From: an uncultured Methanosarcinales archaeon | Lineage (GTDB): Archaea; Nanobdellota; Nanobdellia; Woesearchaeales; ARS49 | Direction of reading: 5' to 3' | Assembly: GCA_964617195.1 (NCBI GenBank) | Contig: CAZTVK010000017.1 | Coordinates: 38,192 to 102,191, forward strand | Length of the DNA: 64,000 bases | Shown here: one piece after another, positions 33,624 to 43,116 of the stretch | Numbering within the stretch: position 1 is the first letter of the stretch | Layout of the letters: each line of letters opens with the position of its first letter | Program-made: the position numbers and the translations under genes | Notes under the pieces: model-generated | Seen by the model: only the letters and a program-made list of their open reading frames with translations | What the model was told of the DNA's origin: nothing | The model's database searches: none

Positions 33624-34172
33624 ATGCGTCCAATAATCAAAGAAGACATCCTTGCAGTATTACAGAAAGTCATTGAAGCGCTCAAAAAAGAAGACTATTC
33701 AGCACTTGCAGAGCTGAGCAACCACACAATCCACGACGCAAGCGTTTTCCAAGAAGACGATCCCTTGACAATAGCAGTATTTGTTTACGCGCTGTCAAAA
33801 ATCATAACGCGCTGTCTGGATAGGAAACAAGCCTGTCCTGCAGTCGTGCCATCACTCCAAAAAGCACAAGAAGCGCTCAAACAAGACGACGACAACGCAT
33901 ATCGCGCGGTAATCAAGAACCTTCTACGCGAAATAGGACAATATGATGCCCAGCTAAAACTCTACATCCAAGAAGTCATACAACAAGCACGAATCAAAAA
34001 AGCAAGCAAACTTTACGAACACGGAATCTCCATAGCCCGAACAGCAGAATTGTTAGGACTATCGCAATGGGAATTGCAGAACTATATCGGAAAAACTGTC
34101 GTGGACATTCCACATGATGGAATGAAAGTCACAGAAAGACTAAGACGAGCAAGAGAGCTGTTCCAACCATGA
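33624..34172 (+). CDS. HTH protein, UPF0175-like C-terminus (putative antitoxin partner)
   Basis: C-terminal HGISIARTAELLGLSQWELQNYIGK. About 120 aa of extra N-terminal helical region. ATGA overlap with the downstream PIN-like gene. Confidence 0.5.
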   Translation: MRPIIKEDILAVLQKVIEALKKEDYSALAELSNHTIHDASVFQEDDPLTIAVFVYALSKIITRCLDRKQACPAVVPSLQKAQEALKQDDDNAYRAVIKNLLREIGQYDAQLKLYIQEVIQQARIKKASKLYEHGISIARTAELLGLSQWELQNYIGKTVVDIPHDGMKVTERLRRARELFQP

Positions 34173-34858
34173 AAACCATATTATTTGACTCAGGGCCGAT
34201 AATCAGCCTGACAACAACCAATCTTCTCTGGATTCTAGAAGAACTAAAGAAAAAATCCAGCGGAAACTTCGCACTCACAATGGGAGTAAAAAGAGAACTC
34301 GTAGACAGACCCCTTGAAACACTACGCTTCAAATTCGAAGCATTACAAGTACAAAGCCTGATAGAGAAAAATATTTTAGCCGTCATAAAAGATGACGCTG
34401 TAACAAAAAAAGCACAAGAACTCCTGAACTTGGCAAACTCCATACTATCAGCGCACGGGCAAAACATCAAAATAGTCCAAATAGGAGAAATGGAAACACT
34501 CGCAGCAGCACTTCTCTACAAAGCAGACGCAATAGCCATTGACGAACGCATCACAAGAACACTGCTTGAAAACCCGCGAGGGTTGCAAACCTTGATGGAA
34601 AAAAGACTCCACATGCAATTAAAGTTAAACGAGAAAGCGCTGCACGACTTTGAGGAAACTGTGCGACACATCACCATAATCAGAAGCATAGAACTGGTGA
34701 CTGTTGCATATGAACTGGGATTGCTAGATAAGTTTGTCGTTGGCATACCAAACGCGCGCAGAGAACTCCTCGAAAGCACACTCTGGGGCGTTAAGCTCAA
34801 CGGATGCTCCGTGACTGAAGACGAGATAAATACGATAGTCAGGGCGGAAAAGTTGTAA
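34169..34858 (+). CDS. PIN-like nuclease domain protein (COG2405/DUF3368-like)
   Basis: ILFDSGPIISLTTTNLLWILEEL, IGEMETLAAALLYKADAIAIDERITRTLL and SIELVTVAYELGLLD follow the DUF3368 PIN-like pattern. Confidence 0.6.
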   Translation: MKTILFDSGPIISLTTTNLLWILEELKKKSSGNFALTMGVKRELVDRPLETLRFKFEALQVQSLIEKNILAVIKDDAVTKKAQELLNLANSILSAHGQNIKIVQIGEMETLAAALLYKADAIAIDERITRTLLENPRGLQTLMEKRLHMQLKLNEKALHDFEETVRHITIIRSIELVTVAYELGLLDKFVVGIPNARRELLESTLWGVKLNGCSVTEDEINTIVRAEKL

Positions 34859-34925
34859 TGTACATACGCAATATTTATAAGCAACCTCTGCATTAATTCT
34901 TTTATTATTTTATGAAAAAGGCAGC

Positions 34926-34953
34926 GCCGAATGCGTTCGGCTGGTCTTTTTTT
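34926..34953 (+). terminator. hairpin plus T7 run after the PIN-like gene
   Basis: GCCGAA-TGCG-TTCGGC followed by TGGTC and TTTTTTT (34947-34953). Oligo-T is the usual archaeal termination signal. Confidence 0.5.
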
Positions 34954-35053
34954 AAAACAAGTTATAAAAAAGGTCTGAGAATAAAAGAAACATGTTTCAT
35001 TCTGGCGTTCTTTCTTCGCAGACGTACCTTTCTGCATTAACGGTGATGTTTTA

Positions 35054-35740
35054 GTGGTAGATGTTCCGAAAGGATACAAGGGATTTGTTGTCGGTAATAC
35101 TATTCCGATGGAATATTATCGAACGACAGGCACTGGCGAAAGTCCGCATCAGATTCATGCAGGGAGTTACCATGATGCGATGCGCAAAGCGCGCGTAGAG
35201 CTTGGAAACCTTGTCGTTTATACAAGCATACTTCCAAAAATTGCAAACGAAATACCTATTGAAGAAGGCGTCCAAAGAGTGCCACACGGTTCAGAACTTA
35301 AAGTTATTCAAGCAGCAGCGCACATAGACTTGCTGGATCCAGAAGTGCAGAAACAAGGTCACAAAAGTGCGACAGCAGCGGTTGTGTATGGCTTTTTGCA
35401 TCCAAAGGGACGCCGACGCGCATCACATGAAGGAGGACTTGTTTGTGAGTATAATGGTTACGGAACTGCTGATGAAGCTGTAGATAATCTCAAGAAATGC
35501 CTTAAAGATTTGCATGAAAAACCAAACGCAGTAGGCTTCAAGCTTTCGGAGAAATATGAGTTAAGGATTGCAGATCCGCTCAGTGCTACCGTGGAACCAA
35601 AAGAACGCTATGGAACAGCATTTGCCGGACTTGCATTTGTCAGCTTTTTAATCCCGCTGCTTGGACAGAATGTTTTCAATACTGACTTGGAAGCAATTGT
35701 TGCGCTGAGCAGCTCCGACAAAAAGTTCGGTTCCCCCTAA
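35054..35740 (+). CDS. pdaD: pyruvoyl-dependent arginine decarboxylase
   Basis: TTGTGES...GSYHDAMRKARVELGNLVVYTSILP matches the PdaD pattern G.GE..(F/Y)DxAL..AGI.N.NLI..SSIxP, including the Ser of the self-cleavage site. GTG start is uncertain. Confidence 0.8.
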   Translation: MVDVPKGYKGFVVGNTIPMEYYRTTGTGESPHQIHAGSYHDAMRKARVELGNLVVYTSILPKIANEIPIEEGVQRVPHGSELKVIQAAAHIDLLDPEVQKQGHKSATAAVVYGFLHPKGRRRASHEGGLVCEYNGYGTADEAVDNLKKCLKDLHEKPNAVGFKLSEKYELRIADPLSATVEPKERYGTAFAGLAFVSFLIPLLGQNVFNTDLEAIVALSSSDKKFGSP

Positions 35741-35744
35741 CTAA

Positions 35745-36245
35745 CTACTTTATTTTTTCCATTGATAATCTAAACCACGGCGTATAATCCTGAGGATTCT
35801 TCTTCACATCTTCTCTCAAATCACTCATAGAAATCCACTTCCAACCCTCAGCCTCATCACGATTCAAATTAGGAACGCCATCAAAAACGCCTCTGTACAC
35901 GTGCAAAAACTCATGCTCATTCATGCCCTTGTCAAGCGGAACCATGTAAACATAATCAAACATCTTTGTCAACTCACACTCAAAACCCATCTCATCACCC
36001 AGACGACGTTTCATAGCAGCCATCAAATCCTCACCAGGCCTCGGATGACCGCAGCACGCATTAGTCCACAAGCCACCACCATGATACTTTGTTTTCGCGC
36101 GCAACTGCAGCATCATTTCGCCTTTTGTATTGTAAATAAGAACCGAGAATGCGCGGTGCAGTTTTGCAAGGCGGTGCGTTTCCAGCTTTTCACCTATGCC
36201 GATCTGGTTGTCTTTCTCATCCACAAGAATCACGTGTTCGATCAT
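35745..36245 (-). CDS. idi: isopentenyl-diphosphate delta-isomerase, type 1 (Nudix fold)
   Basis: [44 protein letters not shown], with catalytic Cys (CCGHP) and Glu (NEHEF) contexts as in E. coli Idi. Confidence 0.85.
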   Translation of the reverse strand: MIEHVILVDEKDNQIGIGEKLETHRLAKLHRAFSVLIYNTKGEMMLQLRAKTKYHGGGLWTNACCGHPRPGEDLMAAMKRRLGDEMGFECELTKMFDYVYMVPLDKGMNEHEFLHVYRGVFDGVPNLNRDEAEGWKWISMSDLREDVKKNPQDYTPWFRLSMEKIK

Positions 36246-37225
36246 TTTGCAAAAGCTTTAGCAACAATCAACGGGAATAAAATAGTTACGTCGCCAAACA
36301 CCTTAACAGACCTTGCCTTAGGCAAAATCTTGCCCCAGCTCACTGCCTCATCAGGCCTCGCGCCAGAGTCAGAGCCGTCAAACTCCTGCGCGTTATTAAT
36401 GTAAACAGCGTAGTCAGAGCCGTTTCTCATCATATTTGTATTAAGAATGTGATGCTTGACAACACCACTGCCTAGAATTATGACGCCGGTCTTCTTCGCG
36501 TCAAATGTTAAATCATTTAATTTCTTCATATCCTGCACGATGTCGATAGCAAAATCAGGATTCTTAAATTTGAAGAAGTAAATCATGTCGCCAATGCTGC
36601 CATCAGTCAACGCAGGACAGAAAACAGGAATGTTATTCTTATGGCACCAGTAATAAATAGATTCTTTATTGTTGATTTCTTTGCCCAATCTGTCAACAAA
36701 CTCGCTCGGATTTATGATATGGCCAGTTTTTCTCTGCTCACCAGCCATCTTATCCAGCAAAGGATTCAGCCAGTCTTCAAAACGGCAATACCTGCTATTA
36801 GGAACAAAAATATTTCCAGTCCTATTGATGCCTCTTTCCCGCAATTCTGCTCCCGGAGCCTCAAAATCACCCAAAATAAACGGCTCAATGCATTTTATGA
36901 TGTCTTCTTCAACACCACCAGCAGTTGTCACGATAATGTCAACCAATTTGTGCTCAGCAAGATACCTGAAAATGTCACGCAAACCAGACGTAACCATGTT
37001 GCTGGTGTAACCAAGATAGATCGTGCACTTGTCCTTCCGCATATGTTTGATTAATTCAATGGCTTTAGCAAGATGCGTTGCCTGAAAACCAGTCGAAGCA
37101 AAAGAATCGATGATCTTATCGTAATTGACGCCCTGGTTGAAGTCATAGCCCTGAATAGGCAAACCTTTCGGCTCTTCGCTTTCGCGAAGCACGTTTTCAT
37201 GTCCTTTTTTTAGTTTATCAGCCAT
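36242..37225 (-). CDS. dys: deoxyhypusine synthase
   Basis: 327 aa. [57 protein letters not shown], and a C-terminal ...SWGKI Lys context. Confidence 0.9.
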   Translation of the reverse strand: MADKLKKGHENVLRESEEPKGLPIQGYDFNQGVNYDKIIDSFASTGFQATHLAKAIELIKHMRKDKCTIYLGYTSNMVTSGLRDIFRYLAEHKLVDIIVTTAGGVEEDIIKCIEPFILGDFEAPGAELRERGINRTGNIFVPNSRYCRFEDWLNPLLDKMAGEQRKTGHIINPSEFVDRLGKEINNKESIYYWCHKNNIPVFCPALTDGSIGDMIYFFKFKNPDFAIDIVQDMKKLNDLTFDAKKTGVIILGSGVVKHHILNTNMMRNGSDYAVYINNAQEFDGSDSGARPDEAVSWGKILPKARSVKVFGDVTILFPLIVAKAFAK

Positions 37226-37451
37226 AGAGAAAGAACTAGGAAGAAGACAATTTAAGAGTGACTTCTAACAGATTCCATACTCTCGATTCATATACTGCAG
37301 TATATAAATTTTATGCCAGCAGCCACAACATCAAGCCGCTCAGGATAAAGTACAATCCGATAATCCAGCGCAGCATTCCAGGGAATGCGATAACCAGAAT
37401 ACCAAAAATAATACTGGTCATAGCCATTATAACTTTTGCCGAAACCATAGT

Positions 37452-37838
37452 TCACCTCCTTTCTTTGAAATCTAACGCTAAAGAGTTAATGCAATACCTT
37501 TTTCCAGTCTGCGTTGGGCCATCATCAAAAACGTGCCCCAAATGCCCGCCGCATTTCCTGCAAATGACTTCTATGCGGTTCATTCCATGGCTTTTATCCT
37601 CTTTCAACTCAACACTCTCGCTCTTCGCGACATCACTAAAGCTCGGCCAGCCAGTGCCAGACTCAAACTTAGAATTAGAAGGGAATAATTCATTGCCACA
37701 AGCAGCGCAAACATACATGCCGGTCTTCTTGTTCTCCAGCCACTTGCCAGAACCAGCTTTTTCAGTGCCCTTCTTACGCAGAACTTCATACTGCTCAGGC
37801 GTCAATTTAGCACGCCACTCCTCTTCAGAGCACTTCAT
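37452..37838 (-). CDS. msrB: peptide-methionine (R)-S-oxide reductase
   Basis: CAACGNELF, GTGWPSF, RIEVICRKCGGHLGHVFDDGP. 128 aa. Confidence 0.95.
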   Translation of the reverse strand: MKCSEEEWRAKLTPEQYEVLRKKGTEKAGSGKWLENKKTGMYVCAACGNELFPSNSKFESGTGWPSFSDVAKSESVELKEDKSHGMNRIEVICRKCGGHLGHVFDDGPTQTGKRYCINSLALDFKERR

Positions 37839-37860
37839 AAGAATAAACAGGCTGGCAACC

Positions 37861-37868
37861 TTTAAATA
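37861..37868 (+). promoter_or_regulatory. TATA box (TTTAAATA)
   Basis: Centre 26.5 nt upstream of the ATG at 37891. Confidence 0.5.
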
Positions 37869-37890
37869 CCTGTCTTTTTGTCTTCATATC

Positions 37891-38199
37891 ATGATTCAAT
37901 ACAAACAAAGATGCGCCATGTGCAAGAACAACATGGTTTTGATCACAGGCAGAAACCAATTCCCAATCTGCTATGACTGCCAGAAAAAAGAACTTTCAGG
38001 AGAAATAAAAGACCCAAAAATGAAAAAACTGTTTAAAATCCCAGAAGAATGCTACAAACAAAACGGCTTTTTACGCTCAATCAAGTCAAACTATCTAAAA
38101 TTCGGAAAACTATCAGACAAACAGATAGAAGCGTTCAAAAAAACAGTGAAAGAGATGACGAAATGCGAATCCCCAAGCGATACGGACAAAGCCAAATAG
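37891..38199 (+). CDS. zinc-ribbon protein (hypothetical)
   Basis: ATG at 37891 lies 23 nt after TTTAAATA (37861-37868). CAMCKN...CYDCQKK zinc ribbon. The upstream part of track ORF 37258..38199 is antisense to msrB and is discarded. Confidence 0.5.
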   Translation: MIQYKQRCAMCKNNMVLITGRNQFPICYDCQKKELSGEIKDPKMKKLFKIPEECYKQNGFLRSIKSNYLKFGKLSDKQIEAFKKTVKEMTKCESPSDTDKAK

Positions 38200-38411
38200 C
38201 GAAATGCCCCTTCTGCGGAGAGCAGGCAACCACGACAAGCACACAAAAAGTGCCGGTCTGCACAAAACACAAAGAATCATCATTACAAAACTTAAAATGC
38301 GCCTGTGGCAGCTATCTCGACATGAAAATCGGCAAATGGGGACCATTCTTCATCTGCATGAACTGCGGACCAATAAACATGAGAAAAGCGCTGGAAGTAA
38401 ACCCGTTTTAA
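38163..38411 (+). CDS. topoisomerase-type zinc-finger protein (hypothetical)
   Basis: CPFCGEQ...CTKH and CACGSYLDMKIGKWGPFFICMNCG (zf-C4 topoisomerase-like pattern). Overlaps the previous ORF by 37 nt in the -1 frame. Confidence 0.5.
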   Translation: MRIPKRYGQSQIAKCPFCGEQATTTSTQKVPVCTKHKESSLQNLKCACGSYLDMKIGKWGPFFICMNCGPINMRKALEVNPF

Positions 38412-39289
38412 CGGTTGTTATACCATTCTCTGAACGTATGCACGAAAACATTTATCATCTGTTCTGAAGGTTTTTCATCCAATTCAACAGCGCACTGCCG
38501 GACAAAATCAATAAACTCAGAATGGTTAACGTACTCGAAGTCAACATCAGGGTTATTTCCCACCTCATCTTCTTCGTGGCGCGCAATATACTCCCCAATT
38601 TGATTCTGAACTCCTTTGAAAACCTTGTCAGCCCATTGGTACACATTACCTTTTTTGCGCATATTAGAAAGCACGCCCTGCATTACAAGTTCCATTCTTT
38701 TCAGGAGCTGCTTTTCCTTCGCGTCCATTCTGCCGACGATGTGTTCGCCTTTGACTAACGTTAAGAACAACTCATGGAACGTTTCACGCGACTCAATCTG
38801 CTTAAGCACTTCCTTTTCAATTGCAAAGTGAGATTTCAAATAAGAAATTAACACTGTCGGGTAGGTTCCTGGTGGCGGTTGTGTAACAATGTGCAACTGT
38901 GATGTGAGCGCGTTATGCAATTCATTCAATAGCTTGTAAATATATTTATATTTTGTCTCAGCGTAGGCCAAGCGATTATGCAAGTTTTGCACTCTTAGAA
39001 TACGTTTGTCGTGTTCAATCGACTGCAAGTCGCCAATAAGATGTACCTCTATCTTTTCCTCTCCTTCAATGTCGGACAATTCTAAATCAAGCAAAGTTTG
39101 AAGACGAGGAAGCAGCTGCTGGTAATTATCTGTTGTTATTGCGTTAATCAGTTTTTCCTTCTCAGAAAAAGTCTGGTGATACTCCTTCCAAATGCGCAGA
39201 AAATCTTCATCTTTCAGAACAATGTCTTTCGCAACATCTTCCTGCGATTTGAAAAATCTGTTCAGCAAGCCCATTAGATATGCTCCCAA
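38408..39289 (-). CDS. hypothetical protein, 293 aa
   Basis: Helical, no motif recognised. Last gene of the MoxR/vWA operon; 16-nt overlap with the SDR gene. Confidence 0.6.
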   Translation of the reverse strand: MGAYLMGLLNRFFKSQEDVAKDIVLKDEDFLRIWKEYHQTFSEKEKLINAITTDNYQQLLPRLQTLLDLELSDIEGEEKIEVHLIGDLQSIEHDKRILRVQNLHNRLAYAETKYKYIYKLLNELHNALTSQLHIVTQPPPGTYPTVLISYLKSHFAIEKEVLKQIESRETFHELFLTLVKGEHIVGRMDAKEKQLLKRMELVMQGVLSNMRKKGNVYQWADKVFKGVQNQIGEYIARHEEDEVGNNPDVDFEYVNHSEFIDFVRQCAVELDEKPSEQMINVFVHTFREWYNNR

Positions 39290-39939
39290 ACGTCAATGTC
39301 GCCGCCAGACTTTACTTTATATTTGCCGAGCGCCGTGTTAAAAACAACTTTAGCAACTTTCTCAGGCGGAACTCCCTTAAAATTCGTCATTCTAGTAGCA
39401 GTCATGCCAGGATTGACAACGTACACTGGAATTTTTAATTCTTGTGCTAGTCCTTGAGTAAACCCGCGCACGCCAAACTTCGTCGCACAATAGGGCACAA
39501 GTGTTTCATACGCGGTCTTTCCAGCGCCGCTGGAAATATTGATAATCATATCTTTCACAAACGGCAAAGCCTCGCGTGTCATTTTCATCAAGCCGATTAA
39601 ATTAACATTTACCTGCTGCTCAATATCATCAAAAGACTGATCTTTGAACAATGCAAACCTGAGAACACCAGCATTGTTCACTAAAATAGAAATATGCTTG
39701 AACTTTTTGACGACTGCCTTCACACAATTCTTAATGCTCTTATCGTCAGAAACGTCCAATGGCACCAGCAAAACTTCAGAAGCTCCCAACTCGAGACATT
39801 TCTTCGCGGTCTGTTCGCCTTCTTTCTTGTGGTTATTGTACGTAATTACAAGCGCGCAACCTTCACCCGCAAACTTAAAAGCAGTCTCCCTGCCAATACC
39901 TTCGCTTGAACCTGTAATGAGAACAACTTTTGCTTTCAT
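39274..39939 (-). CDS. short-chain dehydrogenase/reductase (SDR)
   Basis: VVLITGSSEGIGRETA (TGxxxGxG), NNAG, and catalytic YCATK (YxxxK). Confidence 0.9.
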   Translation of the reverse strand: MKAKVVLITGSSEGIGRETAFKFAGEGCALVITYNNHKKEGEQTAKKCLELGASEVLLVPLDVSDDKSIKNCVKAVVKKFKHISILVNNAGVLRFALFKDQSFDDIEQQVNVNLIGLMKMTREALPFVKDMIINISSGAGKTAYETLVPYCATKFGVRGFTQGLAQELKIPVYVVNPGMTATRMTNFKGVPPEKVAKVVFNTALGKYKVKSGGDIDVWEHI

Positions 39940-39942
39940 GCG

Positions 39943-40800
39943 TTACCGCTTCCTGCCAAGAAGCTCGAAAAACACGTCAAACACACTCATACCAGTATTC
40001 GCAGAAAAGAATTTAGCGCCAGACTCATTGCAAACCTGCTGAATCTTCTCAATATGCTCGTCCAGCATGCCAGAATACTGCCTGCGCGCAAAAGGATTAA
40101 TGTAAGTCCTCAAAACCTCATTCGTCTCAAGATCACGCAATTTGAAATCACCCTCAATATCCAAATGTCGTTCCAACTTATCCAAAACCTGAATCATGAC
40201 AACCTTATGATTCTTGAAATGAGACAAAGCACCGCGAATATCCTCAATAGGGTACAAGAAATCACTCACGATAACAACATAAGACTTTGTATTAATCAGT
40301 TTCTTGTAGCCAGCCAAACTCTGGTCAAGCTTGGTCAACCCCTTAGGCTTTTTCGTATTCAAAAATTCAACCATGGAAGCTAACTGCGCACGGCCTCTCT
40401 TCGGCTTGAAAAACTCCAAAGAATCAGAAAATGTTGACAAAACAAAACGCTCATTATTCTTCATCGCAAGATAAGCAAAACCAATACCAATCATGCTGGC
40501 GTACTCTGCCTTTGTCATAACAGTTCCAAAGTTCATACTAGCAGAAAAGTCCAGAACAACGTGAACGACAAGATTACGTTCCTCTTCATACCTCTTGATG
40601 TACAATTTGTCAGTCCTGCCAAAAACTCGCCAGTCAATAGAACGGAAATCCTCGCCAGGAGCATAAATCGTATGGTCCTTGAAAATCAAGCCCCTGCCAG
40701 TAGCCTGCGAGAAACGCTCGCCAATATAGTTAGAAGTAATACGCTTGTTAATAATCAAGCTAAAACGGTCCAACTGGTGCAGAAACTCTGTGTCAATCAT
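39943..40800 (-). CDS. DUF58 (vWA-like) protein
   Basis: DFRSIDWRVFGRTDKLYIKRYEEERNLVVHVVLDFSASM, the classic DUF58 signature. Lies downstream of MoxR. Confidence 0.9.
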   Translation of the reverse strand: MIDTEFLHQLDRFSLIINKRITSNYIGERFSQATGRGLIFKDHTIYAPGEDFRSIDWRVFGRTDKLYIKRYEEERNLVVHVVLDFSASMNFGTVMTKAEYASMIGIGFAYLAMKNNERFVLSTFSDSLEFFKPKRGRAQLASMVEFLNTKKPKGLTKLDQSLAGYKKLINTKSYVVIVSDFLYPIEDIRGALSHFKNHKVVMIQVLDKLERHLDIEGDFKLRDLETNEVLRTYINPFARRQYSGMLDEHIEKIQQVCNESGAKFFSANTGMSVFDVFFELLGRKR

Positions 40801-40843
40801 TTGGACCTCCAGTTTTCCAGCTGCCGAGAATTTTCAATTCTCA

Positions 40844-41788
40844 TCATTTCAACAGTGTCTTAATAACATCGTCCTCATGCATTCCCTGGCGCTCAGCCTC
40901 AAAGCTAAGCACAATCCTGTGACGCATGACAGGAAACGCCATCTTGTTAATGTCATCCTTACTGACGTACTTACGACCTTCGATCAACGCGCGCGCCTTA
41001 GAAGCAAGAATCAAACCAATACTCGCTCTCGGCGAAGCACCATACTCGATCAACTTCTTATTCTGACGGGTAGAAGTCACCAATTGAACCGCATACCTCT
41101 TGATGTCATTCGCAATAGGAATCATCCTCGTCATGTGCTGCAAGTACACCAAACTGTCCTTGTTCAAAACAGGCTTCAAAGCAACCTTCTTCGACTCTTC
41201 AGCAAACCTGTTGACAATCTCCATCTCCTCATCAAAAGTCGGATAATCAACACGAATCTTCAGCAAGAAACGGTCAGACTGAGCTTCAGGCAAAGGATAA
41301 GTACCTTCCTGCTCGATCGGGTTCTGCGTGGCAAGAACGAAAAACGGCTCTTCCAGCTTGAAAGTCGAATTACCAACAGTAACCTGATGCTCCTGCATAG
41401 CCTCAAGCAAAGCAGACTGAGTTTTAGGCGTTGCACGGTTGATTTCATCAGCAAGAACCATGTTCGCAAAAATAGGGCCTGGCTGGAACTTGAAATTACG
41501 CTTTCCAGCGCTTGTTTCCTCAATAATATAAGTGCCAGTGATATCCGACGGCATAAGGTCAGGAGTGTTCTGAATACGCGAGAACTTCAAATCCATCAGC
41601 TGAGACAAAGTCTTGATAGCCAAAGTTTTTGCGACACCAGGATAACCCTCCAACAACGCATGAGAGTCTGCTAGCAGAGCAACGCTCAACTGCTTCAAAA
41701 CCTCGTTCTGGCCAACGATAACCTTGTTCAGCTCGCTGAAAACATAATCAAACGTCTTTTTCGCATCCTCAATTTTCATATATAACAC
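40844..41788 (-). CDS. MoxR-family AAA+ ATPase
   Basis: Walker A EGYPGVAKT, Walker B VLADEINRATPKTQSALLEAMQE. 314 aa. Confidence 0.95.
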   Translation of the reverse strand: MLYMKIEDAKKTFDYVFSELNKVIVGQNEVLKQLSVALLADSHALLEGYPGVAKTLAIKTLSQLMDLKFSRIQNTPDLMPSDITGTYIIEETSAGKRNFKFQPGPIFANMVLADEINRATPKTQSALLEAMQEHQVTVGNSTFKLEEPFFVLATQNPIEQEGTYPLPEAQSDRFLLKIRVDYPTFDEEMEIVNRFAEESKKVALKPVLNKDSLVYLQHMTRMIPIANDIKRYAVQLVTSTRQNKKLIEYGASPRASIGLILASKARALIEGRKYVSKDDINKMAFPVMRHRIVLSFEAERQGMHEDDVIKTLLK

Positions 41789-41812
41789 CTCTTGCTTTTT
41801 GGTATTTAATCT

Positions 41813-42604
41813 TTATGATTTTGTTATCTCTTTAAAGTATGTCTTGACTATTCGCTGATACTGCTTCGGAATCTGCTCCTCGAAGCTCACGTCAGTAGTA
41901 GCCTTGATTTCAGGAGGCGGAACATCCCTGAATTTCCTATCCTCAGGAGGCTTCACATTGCCGATGTCAACATCACTCATAAGAGGATTAAGCTCCAAAT
42001 CAAGCTGCTGCTGGCCAAGCTCAGTAACACTCTTATCACCCAAAATCTCGCTCAAATTCTGGCTCTCCTCATACTCCAATAATTCCTGATTAATATCATA
42101 CTCCTGAAAAGGCTTAAACTCGCGCAATTCCTTAACAGTCTGCTTGAAATCAAGAAACTCCACATTAAAAGCAGAAGTGCCGATGATGATAAAAGACACG
42201 ACAGCCATCACAGACAATTCACGAATAAGCTTCCCAAAATTAAGGAATGAAGAAGTACGGATCTCACGCATCTTCTGCAAAACCTCCTGATTCAACGCAT
42301 CAATAATCTCATTTTGCTCCTTAGTATTATCAGCAACAGTAATCAACTGCTCATGCAAAGAAGGAAACTTTTCCTCAATATTAGAAAAACTCACATCTTT
42401 GACATTGCCATACGTGTGAACAACCGCGTAAATAGCGGCAGGAACAAGCGCATACCAAGCAGGCAAAGTAAGAAGAGTACAGCCCAACAACAAAAGAATG
42501 TAAACAACAAGAGTATCAAGCGCGCTATTGAAAAGAACGATCTGCAAAATCGCCTTCCTCGCCTCTTTCAGCGCCTGAACTATAGGTTTTACGGGCATGT
42601 ACAA
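41813..42604 (-). CDS. membrane protein (hypothetical) of the MoxR/vWA operon
   Basis: Two N-terminal helices and one central helix. No family recognised. Overlaps the upstream gene by 16 nt. Confidence 0.6.
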   Translation of the reverse strand: MYMPVKPIVQALKEARKAILQIVLFNSALDTLVVYILLLLGCTLLTLPAWYALVPAAIYAVVHTYGNVKDVSFSNIEEKFPSLHEQLITVADNTKEQNEIIDALNQEVLQKMREIRTSSFLNFGKLIRELSVMAVVSFIIIGTSAFNVEFLDFKQTVKELREFKPFQEYDINQELLEYEESQNLSEILGDKSVTELGQQQLDLELNPLMSDVDIGNVKPPEDRKFRDVPPPEIKATTDVSFEEQIPKQYQRIVKTYFKEITKS

Positions 42605-43110
42605 GTAGCTACCTTAGCCTCACAATCATTCAAATCATCCTCAGCTCTATCCTTCTGGTCATCGCAAACATTCAACTGAGAGCTAAGCTTCTTATTATCA
42701 TCAGTCACAATCTCCAACGCATCAGCTTTCGCATCCAACTCAGACTGCGTGCTTCTCAAAGAACTCTCAGTATTCTCAAGCTCCCCCTCAAGCTGCTCTT
42801 TCGACCGCTCCAACTGCTGCTTCTGAGTCTCCAATTGCTCTTTATTCTCCTTAACTTCAGTGAACTTCTCACCCAACTGCTCCTCGCGCTCAGTCTTCAA
42901 ACTCAACTCGCTCTTAATCTTGTTCAACAAAGACTGCTGGGTCTGAAGCTCAGTAGAAACAACAGTCAACTGCTGAACCTTCTGATTATACTCAGTATTA
43001 ATCCGCTCAAAATTCATCTGGAAAAAAACAGTAGCGCCAACCAAAGCAGTCGCACTTACCAGAATCAAAAACAGAAGAATAACGTTCGCATTCTTTGTAA
43101 TAAAGCCCAT
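42589..43110 (-). CDS. membrane-anchored coiled-coil protein with C-terminal Cys cluster
   Basis: N-terminal TM NVILLFLILVSATALVGATVFF. About 120 aa of Q/E/L-rich coiled coil. Ends in CDDQ...CEAKVATCTCP. Confidence 0.6.
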   Translation of the reverse strand: MGFITKNANVILLFLILVSATALVGATVFFQMNFERINTEYNQKVQQLTVVSTELQTQQSLLNKIKSELSLKTEREEQLGEKFTEVKENKEQLETQKQQLERSKEQLEGELENTESSLRSTQSELDAKADALEIVTDDNKKLSSQLNVCDDQKDRAEDDLNDCEAKVATCTCP

Positions 43111-43116
43111 TTTTAC

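Noticed and set aside
37258-38199. 313-aa plus-strand ORF spanning the msrB region
   Set aside because: Its first ~210 codons are antisense to the clearly real msrB gene and have no coding features. Only the part downstream of the ATG at 37891, which has a TATA box at the right distance, was kept.
40745-41674. Long antisense ORFs, including this 309-aa one. Others: 49128..50027, 42835..43593, 50998..51798, 13945..14595, 25149..25739, 4576..5190, 43795..44412, 18219..18620, 6026..6486.
   Set aside because: They lie opposite or out of frame to genes with strong family signatures. Their products are low-complexity (Arg/Ser/Leu/Thr-rich). They arise because coding strands here are purine- and A-rich and so deplete stop codons on the complement. 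They are shadow ORFs.
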